The notes under the pieces: generated by a model
Seen by the model: the letters and a program-made list of their open reading frames with translations, nothing else
Told to the model about the DNA's origin: nothing
Database searches by the model: none
Program-made: the position numbers and the translations under genes
DNA from: Actinomycetota bacterium
GTDB taxonomy: Bacteria; Actinomycetota; Humimicrobiia; Humimicrobiales; Humimicrobiaceae
Direction: 5' to 3'
Assembly: GCA_051744245.1 (NCBI GenBank)
Contig: JBNJCV010000002.1
Location: 1 to 58,851 of the forward strand
DNA: 58,851 nucleotides
Shown: positions 1 through 8,867 of the stretch, one piece after another
Numbering within the stretch: position 1 is the first letter of the stretch
Layout of the letters: the number at the start of each line of letters is the position of its first letter

Positions 1-270
1 TATCTGTATCCCCAAAATCCTGGTATCTGTGTTTGCTTTAAGGGATAAAACTGCAGGCTTGCTTATAAAACATTTTCCAGAATCTAGGACTTGTTTTTTT
101 GAATCAGCGGTTACAACAGCCTCCCCCTTAAGTACTATGAACATAACATAGGAATCCATCCTGCATTCAGGTATTTTTCCACCTTTGGAAAGCTCTATGA
201 TCCGTGTTTTGAATTCTTCTGCCTTAAAGAAGACATTTTTATCCCTTTGGTTATAGGGGAAAGCTTTCAT
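1..270 (-). CDS. small cupin-fold-like protein, N-terminal 90 codons only (3' end lies outside the window)
   Basis: Not in the ORF track because it runs off the window edge. Minus-strand ATG at 270-268, then 90 open codons to position 1: MKAFPYNQRDKNVFFKAEEFKTRIIELSKGGKIPECRMDSYVMFIVLKGEAVVTADSKKQVLDSGKCFISKPAVLSLKANTDTRILGIQI. The 'FIVLKGEA.V......L..G' beta-strand pattern resembles small cupins. The family call is weak. Confidence 0.4.
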   Translation of the reverse strand, partial: MKAFPYNQRDKNVFFKAEEFKTRIIELSKGGKIPECRMDSYVMFIVLKGEAVVTADSKKQVLDSGKCFISKPAVLSLKANTDTRILGIQI

Positions 271-311
271 TTTATATAAGTCGAATATTTCCAAAGTTTA
301 CTCCTTTCAGG

Positions 312-878
312 TTAAGAATTTTTGTCTGTTTTAATATTTTTTTCATCAGTAAAATTTATTATTTTTTCTATCAGCAAGCCCATTATTATTATAAATATTA
401 GGGTAAGGGCCAGTCTTGCTGCGGTAAATTTAATTCCTAAAAACTGAATCTCTATTAATTCCTGGGGTAGCTTTATGCATGCCCAGGTAGAAATAAATAT
501 TATTATATTAGATATTTTTGCCCCTTTGCTTTGCAAAGCTACTGCCATGGGAAACGCTATATACAGGGGTCCTGTTGGCAGCATTCCCAGCCCGATGGAA
601 AGGAAAATACCTTTCATTCCTGATGTTTTTCCCATGTATTTTACTACCGTCTCCTTGGGCATCCATACTGAAAACAGCCCTATTATTATCAAAACTGCCG
701 GAAGAATCAAAACTAGTTCCATCATGTAATTTTTGGAAACATCAAGGACGGGGCTTGCCTTGGCTGGGAAAATTAAAAGAGCTGCTGCCGCAGCAACTAA
801 TATTGCTCCCATTATAATATAGTCCCTCAGCAAGGACTTTTTGCTTTGCTTGAATTTTTTAGTGCTGGAAGGTGTCAC
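312..878 (-). CDS. membrane permease subunit (split YraQ/ArsP-like 'two-component permease' family)
   Basis: 188-aa polytopic hydrophobic ORF. Overlaps the upstream membrane ORF by 4 nt (875-878), as expected for a co-translated two-gene permease pair. Confidence 0.6.
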   Translation of the reverse strand: MTPSSTKKFKQSKKSLLRDYIIMGAILVAAAAALLIFPAKASPVLDVSKNYMMELVLILPAVLIIIGLFSVWMPKETVVKYMGKTSGMKGIFLSIGLGMLPTGPLYIAFPMAVALQSKGAKISNIIIFISTWACIKLPQELIEIQFLGIKFTAARLALTLIFIIIMGLLIEKIINFTDEKNIKTDKNS

Positions 879-1375
879 AGTATTACCCCCATCAGAAGCG
901 CAATTATTACTGCAAATACGAAACTGAATGCATTTCTAAGTATGGTCATTTTTTTACCCAGCTCTTTTAATTCCAGAGGTAGAGTTACCACCCCAACCAT
1001 GGTAAGGGTAGTTATAAATGCGGCAACTGCCATTACTGAAGCTCCCCCGTCTAGAAGTGAAGCTGCCAGAGGAAATGATATTAGGGCTGGAATAAATAAG
1101 ACAGAACCCAGAACTGCTGTAACCATTATTCCTAAAAATCCCGCCTGCTCACCAACAATTTTAGAAATCATCTCCGGAGGCAAAAATCCTAATAAAAAAC
1201 CAATAAATACAATAATTATAATTATCAAGGGAAGAATCTTAATCAGAGTTTTAACTGCAATCTTTAGTGATTGTTTTGTTTTATCCCTATTTTTCACAAT
1301 AGAAAAAATTAGCCAGGCGAGGGCTATGGCATTTATGGTTATTGCTGTCAGGTAGCTTTTTACAAAATCAAGCAA
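875..1375 (-). CDS. membrane permease subunit (partner of 312..878)
   Basis: 166-aa ORF with several predicted TM helices. The 4-nt overlap with the downstream partner indicates one operon. Confidence 0.6.
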   Translation of the reverse strand: MLDFVKSYLTAITINAIALAWLIFSIVKNRDKTKQSLKIAVKTLIKILPLIIIIIVFIGFLLGFLPPEMISKIVGEQAGFLGIMVTAVLGSVLFIPALISFPLAASLLDGGASVMAVAAFITTLTMVGVVTLPLELKELGKKMTILRNAFSFVFAVIIALLMGVIL

Positions 1376-1431
1376 TTATAAATCCTCTTTACCTATTTTA
1401 AGCACATATATGTTTATTACATATATATGGT

Positions 1432-1460
1432 AATATAATATAAACAAATAATTTGTGCAA
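1432..1460 (-). promoter_or_regulatory. candidate sigma70-type promoter for the permease pair
   Basis: Minus strand reads TTGCAC (1460-1455), 17-nt spacer, TATATT (1437-1432), about 55 nt upstream of the 1375 start. This is a consensus match only. Confidence 0.35.
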
Positions 1461-1507
1461 CCTTTTTTTGTTAGGAATTTTTTATAGTTTTTAAAGCGGG
1501 AGAATTT

Positions 1508-1548
1508 AAAAAATAAAAGGAACCGCAGCTGTAGGCCCCGGTCCCTTT
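1508..1548 (-). terminator. rho-independent terminator after the alcohol dehydrogenase gene
   Basis: Minus-strand RNA is AAAGGGACCG-(13-nt loop)-CGGUUCCUUU followed by UAUUUUUU. It starts about 24 nt after the stop codon at 1572. Confidence 0.6.
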
Positions 1549-1571
1549 AATTGTATATATGTTTTTTATAT

Positions 1572-2741
1572 CTATTTTGCCAGTTTTAATATCTCCAAAG
1601 CATCTTCGGTTTGGATTTCTTTTAAGTCTCCGGTGGGTATCATATTCTTTGCCATTTCTTCGAATTTTTCATCACCAATGTCAACCTCGCTCAACCTTAT
1701 TGGCAACCCAAGTTCTTTACAAAATGCTTCATATCTTCTTATTCCTTCTAATACAGTCCTCTCCGGTTTATAGAAATCATAGTCCACATTCCACACCCTG
1801 GTAGCAAACTGGATAAGCTTATTGCTGCTAAATTTATATACATATTTCATCCAGGCTGGGAAAATCAGGGAAAGACTTGCCCCATGAGCTACATCATAAA
1901 CTGCCGATAATTCCATTCCAATAAAATGGGAGGCCCAATCTCCGCCTCTACCGGTATCCAGCAAATCGTTATGGGCAAGTGAACCTGCCCACATTATTTC
2001 TGCCCGTGCATCGTAATTTTTGGGCTCATTTGCTATTATGCGTCCATTATTTATTGCTGTCTTCATAACAGCTTCGCACATTCTATCTGTTAGCTCTACA
2101 TGTTTTACCTTGGTAAAATATCTTTCCATTACGTGGGCCATGATATCAATTACCCCACAAGCTGTTTGATATGGTGAAAGGCTGTAAGAAAATTCAGGGT
2201 TTAAAATAGCAAACTTAGGTCTGATTAAGGCATTGTTTTCCCATACCAGGTCTCTTTTTAAGGGATATTCACCTTCAGTATTAGTAATTACAGCATACTG
2301 GCTGGCTTCACTTCCTGCTGCCGGTATAGTTAGAACAACTCCTATAGGCAAAGCTTTTTGGGGAGTTGCTTTCTTTTCTGCAAATTCCCAAACATCGCCG
2401 CTGTGGGGAGTCCCTACTGCAATCCCTTTTGCAGTATCTATTACACTACCTCCGCCAACTGCAAGGACAATATCGATATTTTCCTGTTTGCAGATTTTAA
2501 CGCCTTCCCTTACTTTATCAAGGGTGGGGTTGGACCTAACTCCACCAAGCTCTGTCACTTGGAGGCCTGCTTCATTTAGGGAAGAGATAACTTTATCGTA
2601 AATCCCATATTTTTTTATGCTTCCTCCCCCGTAAAGTAGCAATACTTTATTGCCGTATTTTTTTACTTCATTTCCTACTTTTTTTTCGGAATCTTTGCCG
2701 AAAATTATTTTTGTACAGTTTTTAAATTCAAAGTTTTCCAT
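1572..2741 (-). CDS. iron-containing (group III) alcohol dehydrogenase, butanol dehydrogenase/YqhD-like
   Basis: 389 aa with LLLYGGGSIKK, AVGGGSVIDTAKGIA and HVMERYFT/HGASL metal-site-type motifs typical of Fe-ADH. Confidence 0.9.
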   Translation of the reverse strand: MENFEFKNCTKIIFGKDSEKKVGNEVKKYGNKVLLLYGGGSIKKYGIYDKVISSLNEAGLQVTELGGVRSNPTLDKVREGVKICKQENIDIVLAVGGGSVIDTAKGIAVGTPHSGDVWEFAEKKATPQKALPIGVVLTIPAAGSEASQYAVITNTEGEYPLKRDLVWENNALIRPKFAILNPEFSYSLSPYQTACGVIDIMAHVMERYFTKVKHVELTDRMCEAVMKTAINNGRIIANEPKNYDARAEIMWAGSLAHNDLLDTGRGGDWASHFIGMELSAVYDVAHGASLSLIFPAWMKYVYKFSSNKLIQFATRVWNVDYDFYKPERTVLEGIRRYEAFCKELGLPIRLSEVDIGDEKFEEMAKNMIPTGDLKEIQTEDALEILKLAK

Positions 2742-2844
2742 AAGCTCTCCTTTCCTTTTTATTAATATTGCACTAAAAATATAAAATACACAAACAATCC
2801 AAAATTATATTTCCTTAATTTATTGAATGTTTCCTGTTATTTTC

Positions 2845-2872
2845 TTTACATTTATTTCAACTTTTATATACT
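2845..2872 (+). promoter_or_regulatory. candidate promoter for the ior-paaK gene string
   Basis: TTTACA (2845-2850), 16-nt spacer, TATACT (2867-2872), in the AT-rich divergent intergenic region upstream of iorA. Consensus match only. Confidence 0.3.
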
Positions 2873-2926
2873 ATATTACTTAATAACTAAAATTACATAT
2901 ATTTAATAAATACTCAAAGGGTTATA

Positions 2927-4687
2927 TTGGCTGGTAAAGCAAAACTGTTGACAGGAAATGAAGCAATAGCCAGGGGCGCATGGGAAGCTGGGGTTCAAGT
3001 TGCTACGGCTTATCCTGGAACTCCTTCCACTGAAATACTTGAAAATATTGCAAAATATAAGGAGATATATTCACAGTGGTCTGTAAATGAAAAGGTTGCT
3101 TTAGAAGTTGCTTCTGGTGCCAGCATTGAAGGAGGAAGGGTGCTGGTGGCCATGAAGCATGTGGGTTTAAATGTAGCTGCTGATCCCTTTATGACTTTAT
3201 CCTATACTGGGGTTGGAGGAGGGCTGGTAATAGTTTCTGCTGACGACCCTTATATGCATAGCTCGCAAAATGAGCAGGATAACCGCTATTATGCCAAAAT
3301 GGCAAGGGTATTAATGCTTGAACCTTCTGACAGCCAGGAGGCAAAAGATTTTACTATTGAAGCATTTGAACTTAGCGAACAATTTGATTGTCCTGTGCTG
3401 CTTAGGGTTACTACTAGGATTTCACATTCAAGATCTGTAGTAGGGCTGGGACCAAGGAAAGAATCAAGCAAAAAAGATTATTTAAAAGACTGCAAAAAGT
3501 TTGTTATGGTTCCTGCATTCGGGAGGCTAAGGCATCAAGAGGTTTTAAACAGATGGGATAGACTAGTTTCCTTTTCTGAGGACTCCGATCTGGGTAGGAT
3601 ATATGACTCAGGGGAAAATAAGGATGTGGGAATAATAACTTCCAGCATAAGCTTCCAGTATACAAAAGAAGTATTCGGTGATATTGATATATTGAAGCTA
3701 GGCTTGTCACACCCGCTTCCGGAAAAGAAAATCAGAAAGTTTCTAAAAAACAGAAAGAAAGCTATTGTAATTGAAGAGCTAGAGCCTTTTATAGAGGAAC
3801 AGCTAAAGGAAATGGATTTGGGTGTAGTTATTTACGGAAAAGAATATTTTCCCCAATTTGGCGAATTGAATTTAGGTATTCTAAGGAAAGCCCGGACAAA
3901 GATTTTTGGAAAAGAAAAGCCTAAAAAAGGAGAAAATAAGTCTAAAAACATACCAAACAGGCCGCCTGTTCTTTGTGCTGGCTGTCCACACCGTCCGGTT
4001 TTTTATGTACTTAAAAAACTAAAAGTAAGGGTTATGGGAGATATTGGCTGCTATACTCTTTCTGTGCTGCCGCCACTTAATTCCCTGGATACTTGCCTGT
4101 GCATGGGTGCAGGAGTAGGCCAGACCCTGGGAATGGAGAAAGCCAATCCAGACCTTAGAGGTAAACTGGTTTCAGTTATTGGTGATTCTACTTTCTTCCA
4201 TTCCGGCATCACTCCCCTGGTTGATAATATCTACAACGGGGGGACTAACTTAATGATAATACTTGATAACAGGATAACTGCCATGACCGGGCACCAGGCA
4301 AATCCCGGAATGGGGTTGTCCCTGATGGGGAAGAAAGTCCCTGTTATATGGCCGGAAAAAATTGCTGAGTCGGTGGGGGTAAAAAATGTAAAAGTGATAG
4401 ACCCCTATAATATCCAGGAATTTGAAGAAGCAGTTAAAGAGGAGCTGGCAAGGCAGGATTTTTCAGTTATAGTGGCCAGGCGGAAATGTGTGCTTTTAGA
4501 GAAGGAAGAAGGAGATTTTACTGTATATATAGAGGAAGAAGATTGCAAGGCCTGCGGGGTTTGCTTGAAGTTTGGCTGCCCTGCAATAGAATACAGGGAA
4601 GGAAAGTACTCTATTAACGGGCTTTTATGCACAGGATGCGGAGTTTGCTTGAATATATGCAAGTTTGGGGCAATAAAGGAAAAATAA
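2927..4687 (+). CDS. iorA: indolepyruvate:ferredoxin oxidoreductase alpha subunit
   Basis: 586 aa. N-terminus LLTGNEAIARGAWEAGV..AYPGTPSTEI. TPP-domain motif GDSTFFHSG. Two C-terminal ferredoxin motifs: CKACGVCLKFGCP and CTGCGVCLNIC. TTG start. Confidence 0.9.
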   Translation: MAGKAKLLTGNEAIARGAWEAGVQVATAYPGTPSTEILENIAKYKEIYSQWSVNEKVALEVASGASIEGGRVLVAMKHVGLNVAADPFMTLSYTGVGGGLVIVSADDPYMHSSQNEQDNRYYAKMARVLMLEPSDSQEAKDFTIEAFELSEQFDCPVLLRVTTRISHSRSVVGLGPRKESSKKDYLKDCKKFVMVPAFGRLRHQEVLNRWDRLVSFSEDSDLGRIYDSGENKDVGIITSSISFQYTKEVFGDIDILKLGLSHPLPEKKIRKFLKNRKKAIVIEELEPFIEEQLKEMDLGVVIYGKEYFPQFGELNLGILRKARTKIFGKEKPKKGENKSKNIPNRPPVLCAGCPHRPVFYVLKKLKVRVMGDIGCYTLSVLPPLNSLDTCLCMGAGVGQTLGMEKANPDLRGKLVSVIGDSTFFHSGITPLVDNIYNGGTNLMIILDNRITAMTGHQANPGMGLSLMGKKVPVIWPEKIAESVGVKNVKVIDPYNIQEFEEAVKEELARQDFSVIVARRKCVLLEKEEGDFTVYIEEEDCKACGVCLKFGCPAIEYREGKYSINGLLCTGCGVCLNICKFGAIKEK

Positions 4688-4771
4688 GTTAAGGAAAACT
4701 TTTTTAAAATGGTTACCGGCAATAATTCTAAAAGTTTTTATGCCAAGTGGAAAAAACAGATAGAAAAAGGC

Positions 4772-5341
4772 ATGACCATGTCCATATTGTTTACTGGAGT
4801 TGGGGGACAGGGGATAATAAAGGCCACTACTGTTTTAGCTGAAGCTGCTATGAGTGGCGGCTTAGATGTAAAGGTTTCAGAAGTTCACGGAATGGCCCAA
4901 AGGGGAGGAAGCGTGGTCGGAAGCGTTAGGATAGGTAAAAGAGTATATTCTCCCACAATAGATAAAGCTGACATTGTCTTTTCTTTGGAAAAGCTTGAAG
5001 CCTTGAGGTATCTCAGCATGTTAAATACCGGAGGATTTCTGTTGATAAATAATTGCGAGATTGTCCCTGTGTCCTTATTTTTTAACCAGGAAGAATATCC
5101 CAAGGATATCATTTCCAGGATTTCTAAATTTACAAAAAACTACCTGATAGTAGAAGCCAATAGCATATCAAAAAAGCTTGGGGAACCCAGGGCATCCAAT
5201 ATAGTCCTTTTGGGTAAGCTGTCAAATTTTGTTCCCGTAAAGGAAGAATTTTTTATCCAGTCAATTAAAAAGAATATACCGCCAAAAGCAGTTGATATAA
5301 ATATTAGAGCCTTCAAGGAAGGCAGAAGAAATAAAAATTAA
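4772..5341 (+). CDS. iorB: indolepyruvate:ferredoxin oxidoreductase beta subunit
   Basis: MTMSILFTGVGGQGIIKATTVLAEAA...HGMAQRGGSV is a typical IorB/gamma-type domain. I prefer the ATG at 4772 (GAAAAAGG RBS 3 nt upstream) over the track start at 4709. Confidence 0.85.
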   Translation: MTMSILFTGVGGQGIIKATTVLAEAAMSGGLDVKVSEVHGMAQRGGSVVGSVRIGKRVYSPTIDKADIVFSLEKLEALRYLSMLNTGGFLLINNCEIVPVSLFFNQEEYPKDIISRISKFTKNYLIVEANSISKKLGEPRASNIVLLGKLSNFVPVKEEFFIQSIKKNIPPKAVDINIRAFKEGRRNKN

Positions 5342-5356
5342 AATAGGAGGGGTCCT

Positions 5357-5755
5357 ATGCCTGTAAAGCAAATAACTGTTTTTTTAGAAAACCAGACTGG
5401 AAGGTTGGCAGAAGTAACCAGGATATTAAAAAAAGAAGATATTAACCTGCAGGGTTTTTCTACTACTGAGGCAAGGGATTACGGCATTTTGCGCCTGGTG
5501 GTATCAGATACAGAAAGAGCCCGGGGAGCGCTAAAAGATGCCGGGTTTACTACCCATGTTGCGGATGTAATTTGCGTGAAGGTTGAAGACAAGCCCGGGG
5601 AGCTTTACAAGATACTGGAAATACTGGCAAAAGATAATATCAATGTTGATTATATTTATGTTATTGCAGGGACTAGAATCGTGTTAAGTGTTGGCGACTT
5701 GGCCAAAACCGAACAGGTCCTGACACGCAGTGGCGTTGAACTTTGCAAACAATAA
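5357..5755 (+). CDS. tandem ACT-domain protein (small-molecule binding, regulatory)
   Basis: 132 aa with two beta-alpha-beta-beta-alpha-beta repeats (ITVFLENQTGRLAEVT..., ICVKVEDKPGELYKILE...). RBS AGGAGG lies upstream. Confidence 0.8.
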   Translation: MPVKQITVFLENQTGRLAEVTRILKKEDINLQGFSTTEARDYGILRLVVSDTERARGALKDAGFTTHVADVICVKVEDKPGELYKILEILAKDNINVDYIYVIAGTRIVLSVGDLAKTEQVLTRSGVELCKQ

Positions 5756-5781
5756 GTTTAATAAAATAGAAGGGAGGATTG

Positions 5782-5886
5782 ATGTTAGGACTTGGCGGAG
5801 GGATATTTCTGGCATACCTGTTATGCATACTCAGCACGGCAGCCTGTGTTATATACGGGGCTATAATGTGGAACAAAAATGAGTAA
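5782..5886 (+). CDS. 34-aa single-TM 'symporter small accessory protein'
   Basis: Below the ORF-track length cutoff. GGGAGG RBS, then ATG at 5782: MLGLGGGIFLAYLLCILSTAACVIYGAIMWNKNE*. One TM helix ending in WNK. It sits immediately upstream of the SSS symporter, as in the known small-accessory-protein family. Confidence 0.6.
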   Translation: MLGLGGGIFLAYLLCILSTAACVIYGAIMWNKNE

Positions 5887-5919
5887 GTTTATTTTATAAT
5901 TTTTTTGAAAGGAGGATAC

Positions 5920-7524
5920 GTGAACACGGTCTTATTTAGTTTAATAGTAGTCATATATCTTTTAGTTATTGGCTTTCTTGGTTACCTGGGGTACAGGGGA
6001 ACTAAGACTGATAGGGACTTCCTGTTGGCAGGAAGCAATATACATCCCTACATTATGGCCATATCATATGGGGCCACTTTTATATCCACTTCTGCAATTG
6101 TAGGGTTTGGGGGAGCTGCCGGCGTATTTGGTATGGGTCTCCTTTGGCTTACTTTTCTAAATATTGCTCTGGGTATTGGGATTGCCTTTATATTTTTCGG
6201 CAAGAGGACCAGACAGGTAGGGCTTGAGCTTGATGCCCATACTTTTCCTGAATTCTTGGGCAAAAGGTATAATTCAAGGTTCATACAAGTACTTGGTGGA
6301 ATAGTCATTTTTGTATTTATGCCTATTTATACCGGAGTGGTTTTAATAGGAGCAGCAAGGTTTATTGAGAGTACCTTAAATATTAATTTTATCATATCGC
6401 TGTTCATATTTTCCGTAATAATTGCTGTCTATGTAATAGCGGGGGGCTTAAAGGGAGTAATGTATACTGATGCCTTACAGGGAAGTATTATGTTTCTAGG
6501 AATGGTTGCCTTGCTGATACTTACCTATGTCAGCCTGGGCGGTTTTGTAGATGCCCATCAATCCCTAACTGATCTTTTTGACAAAGTTCCGGAAGGTCTG
6601 GTGGCAGGTGGCCACCAAGGATGGACTAATATGCCAACCCTTGGGTCGCCATTGTGGTGGACATTGGTATCCACCATAATTATGGGGGTAGGTATTGGCG
6701 TGCTTGCACAGCCCCAGTTGGTGGTTAGATTCATGACGGTAAGAAGCAGTAAAGAGCTAAACCGTGCTGTACTTATCGGGGGAATATTTATCTTGTTTAT
6801 GACCGGGGTTGCTTTTGTAGTAGGCGCATTGTCTAATGCTTACTTCTTTAAGGAAACAGGCCAAATTTCTCTTGAAGCTGCTGGCGGTAATTCTGATTCA
6901 ATAATTCCAACCTATATAAATCTGGCAATGCCACCCTGGTTTGTATATGTTTTCATGCTTACCCTGCTAGCTGCAGCCATGTCTACTATAAGTTCTCAGT
7001 TCCATACTCTTGGTTCGGCTTTCTCCAGGGATATGTTAGGAATAAAGAGCAAGGAAACTCAGAATGATATAGATGAGGAAGAGATGGAACCGTCAAAAGG
7101 GCTGCTTGTTACCAAACTTGGAATAATTATAGGGATTATTGTTAGTGTGATATTGGGCTACTACCTTCCAACCAGCATTATTGCCAGGGGAACAGCCCTT
7201 TTCTTTGGAGTAGCGGCAGCTACATTCTTACCAATGTATATTTGCGGATTATACTGGCGGAGGACTACCAAAGCGGGCGCAATAAGTGGAATGGTGGTAG
7301 GTGTTGTAATCAGCGTTTTCTGGATGCTGTTTATCCATAGCGCAAATTCTGCTATGATAGGACTTTGCAATTTAATGTTTGGGAAAGAGAGTTTGGTTGG
7401 ATTTCCATGGAACTCTGTAGATCCAATACTTATAGCATTTCCCGCTTCTTTTATAGTTACAGTATTGGTCAGCTTGTTTACCAAGCCATTGCCAGAAGAA
7501 TTACTTGATAAAGTATTTAAATAA
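5920..7524 (+). CDS. sodium:solute symporter (SSS family)
   Basis: About 13 TM segments. SSS-like [14 protein letters not shown] motif. The GTG at 5920 follows AGGAGGA at ideal spacing. The track start (TTG 5905) lies inside the RBS. Confidence 0.85.
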   Translation: MNTVLFSLIVVIYLLVIGFLGYLGYRGTKTDRDFLLAGSNIHPYIMAISYGATFISTSAIVGFGGAAGVFGMGLLWLTFLNIALGIGIAFIFFGKRTRQVGLELDAHTFPEFLGKRYNSRFIQVLGGIVIFVFMPIYTGVVLIGAARFIESTLNINFIISLFIFSVIIAVYVIAGGLKGVMYTDALQGSIMFLGMVALLILTYVSLGGFVDAHQSLTDLFDKVPEGLVAGGHQGWTNMPTLGSPLWWTLVSTIIMGVGIGVLAQPQLVVRFMTVRSSKELNRAVLIGGIFILFMTGVAFVVGALSNAYFFKETGQISLEAAGGNSDSIIPTYINLAMPPWFVYVFMLTLLAAAMSTISSQFHTLGSAFSRDMLGIKSKETQNDIDEEEMEPSKGLLVTKLGIIIGIIVSVILGYYLPTSIIARGTALFFGVAAATFLPMYICGLYWRRTTKAGAISGMVVGVVISVFWMLFIHSANSAMIGLCNLMFGKESLVGFPWNSVDPILIAFPASFIVTVLVSLFTKPLPEELLDKVFK

Positions 7525-7547
7525 TTAAAGGAAAGGAGGTCATCAAA

Positions 7548-8861
7548 ATGGCAGAAAGCTACTGGGAAAAAGAGTATGAAACCATGCCTAGGGGAAAGCT
7601 TTTAGAGCTTCAGCTTGAAAGGCTTAAAAAAACCCTAATTAATGTTTATGAGAATGTAAAATTTTATAGGGAAAGACTGGATGAGAGCGGGGTAGACCCA
7701 TATAATTTTAATAGTTTGGACGGGTTGGAAAAAATTCCCTTTACCAACAAGGATGACCTCCGCCTGAATTATCCTTTTAAGCTATTTGCGAAAACAATAT
7801 CCGAGATTGTAAGGGTACATTCATCTTCAGGGACTACTGGTAATCCCACCGTAGTCGGCTATACAAAAAATGATATATCCTTATGGGGGAATTTAATTGC
7901 CAGGGACCTTTTTTCGGTAGGAGTTGGTGAAAATGACATTATACAGAATAGCTATGGCTATGGGCTTTTTACCGGTGGGCTTGGCTTGCACTACGGCGCT
8001 GAACTTCTGGGTGCAACTGTAATTCCTGCTTCTGGTGGAAATACTGAGAGGCAGCTAAAGATTATGCAGGATTACGGGTCAACTGTAATTTGCTGTACCC
8101 CTTCATATGCCCTGTATATAGCGGAAGTGGGAAAAGAGCTTGGCTTTGATTTTTCCAAACTACCCTTGAAATTAGGGGTATTGGGTGCAGAGCCCTGGAC
8201 AGAAGAGATGAGAAAGGAAATTGAGTCCAGGTTATATATTGATGCTATAGACATATACGGACTAAGCGAAATAATAGGGCCGGGAGTTTCCTGCGAATGT
8301 ATTGAAAAGAATGGTCTGCATGTAGCTGAGGACCATTTTATTATAGAAATTGTTGACCCTAAAACAGGCAAGGCCCTTCCTCCTGGCAAAAGAGGGGAAA
8401 TGGTGTTTACCTCTATAACCAAGGAAGGGATACCGGTTATAAGGTACAGGACCAGGGACCTGTCAATACTTAATACCGGGAAGTGCAGATGCGGTAGGAC
8501 CCATGCCAGAATGGCAAAGCCAATGGGCAGGACTGATGACATGCTTATAATCCGGGGAGTAAATGTATTCCCTTCCCAGATAGAGGAAGTGCTAATGAAG
8601 GTAAAGGATGTAGAGCCCCATTACCTTATAGTTGTGGACAGGAAGAATTATCTTGATTCCATGGAGCTGTGGGTGGAAGTTTCAGAAGATGTATTTTCTG
8701 AAAAGATGAATGACCTGGAGAATTTTGAATCTTCCATTGAACATAAGCTGTATTCAGCAATTGGGATACATATAGATGTCAAGCTAAAAGAGCCCAAAAC
8801 CATACAGAGGAGCACTGGTAAGGCCAAGAGAGTTTTGGATAGGAGGAAAGGAGAGAAATAG
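7548..8861 (+). CDS. paaK: phenylacetate-CoA ligase family (aryl-acetate:CoA ligase), paralog 1
   Basis: 437 aa with [23 protein letters not shown] and [21 protein letters not shown], the PaaK hallmarks. Confidence 0.9.
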   Translation: MAESYWEKEYETMPRGKLLELQLERLKKTLINVYENVKFYRERLDESGVDPYNFNSLDGLEKIPFTNKDDLRLNYPFKLFAKTISEIVRVHSSSGTTGNPTVVGYTKNDISLWGNLIARDLFSVGVGENDIIQNSYGYGLFTGGLGLHYGAELLGATVIPASGGNTERQLKIMQDYGSTVICCTPSYALYIAEVGKELGFDFSKLPLKLGVLGAEPWTEEMRKEIESRLYIDAIDIYGLSEIIGPGVSCECIEKNGLHVAEDHFIIEIVDPKTGKALPPGKRGEMVFTSITKEGIPVIRYRTRDLSILNTGKCRCGRTHARMAKPMGRTDDMLIIRGVNVFPSQIEEVLMKVKDVEPHYLIVVDRKNYLDSMELWVEVSEDVFSEKMNDLENFESSIEHKLYSAIGIHIDVKLKEPKTIQRSTGKAKRVLDRRKGEK

Positions 8862-8867
8862 AAAATC

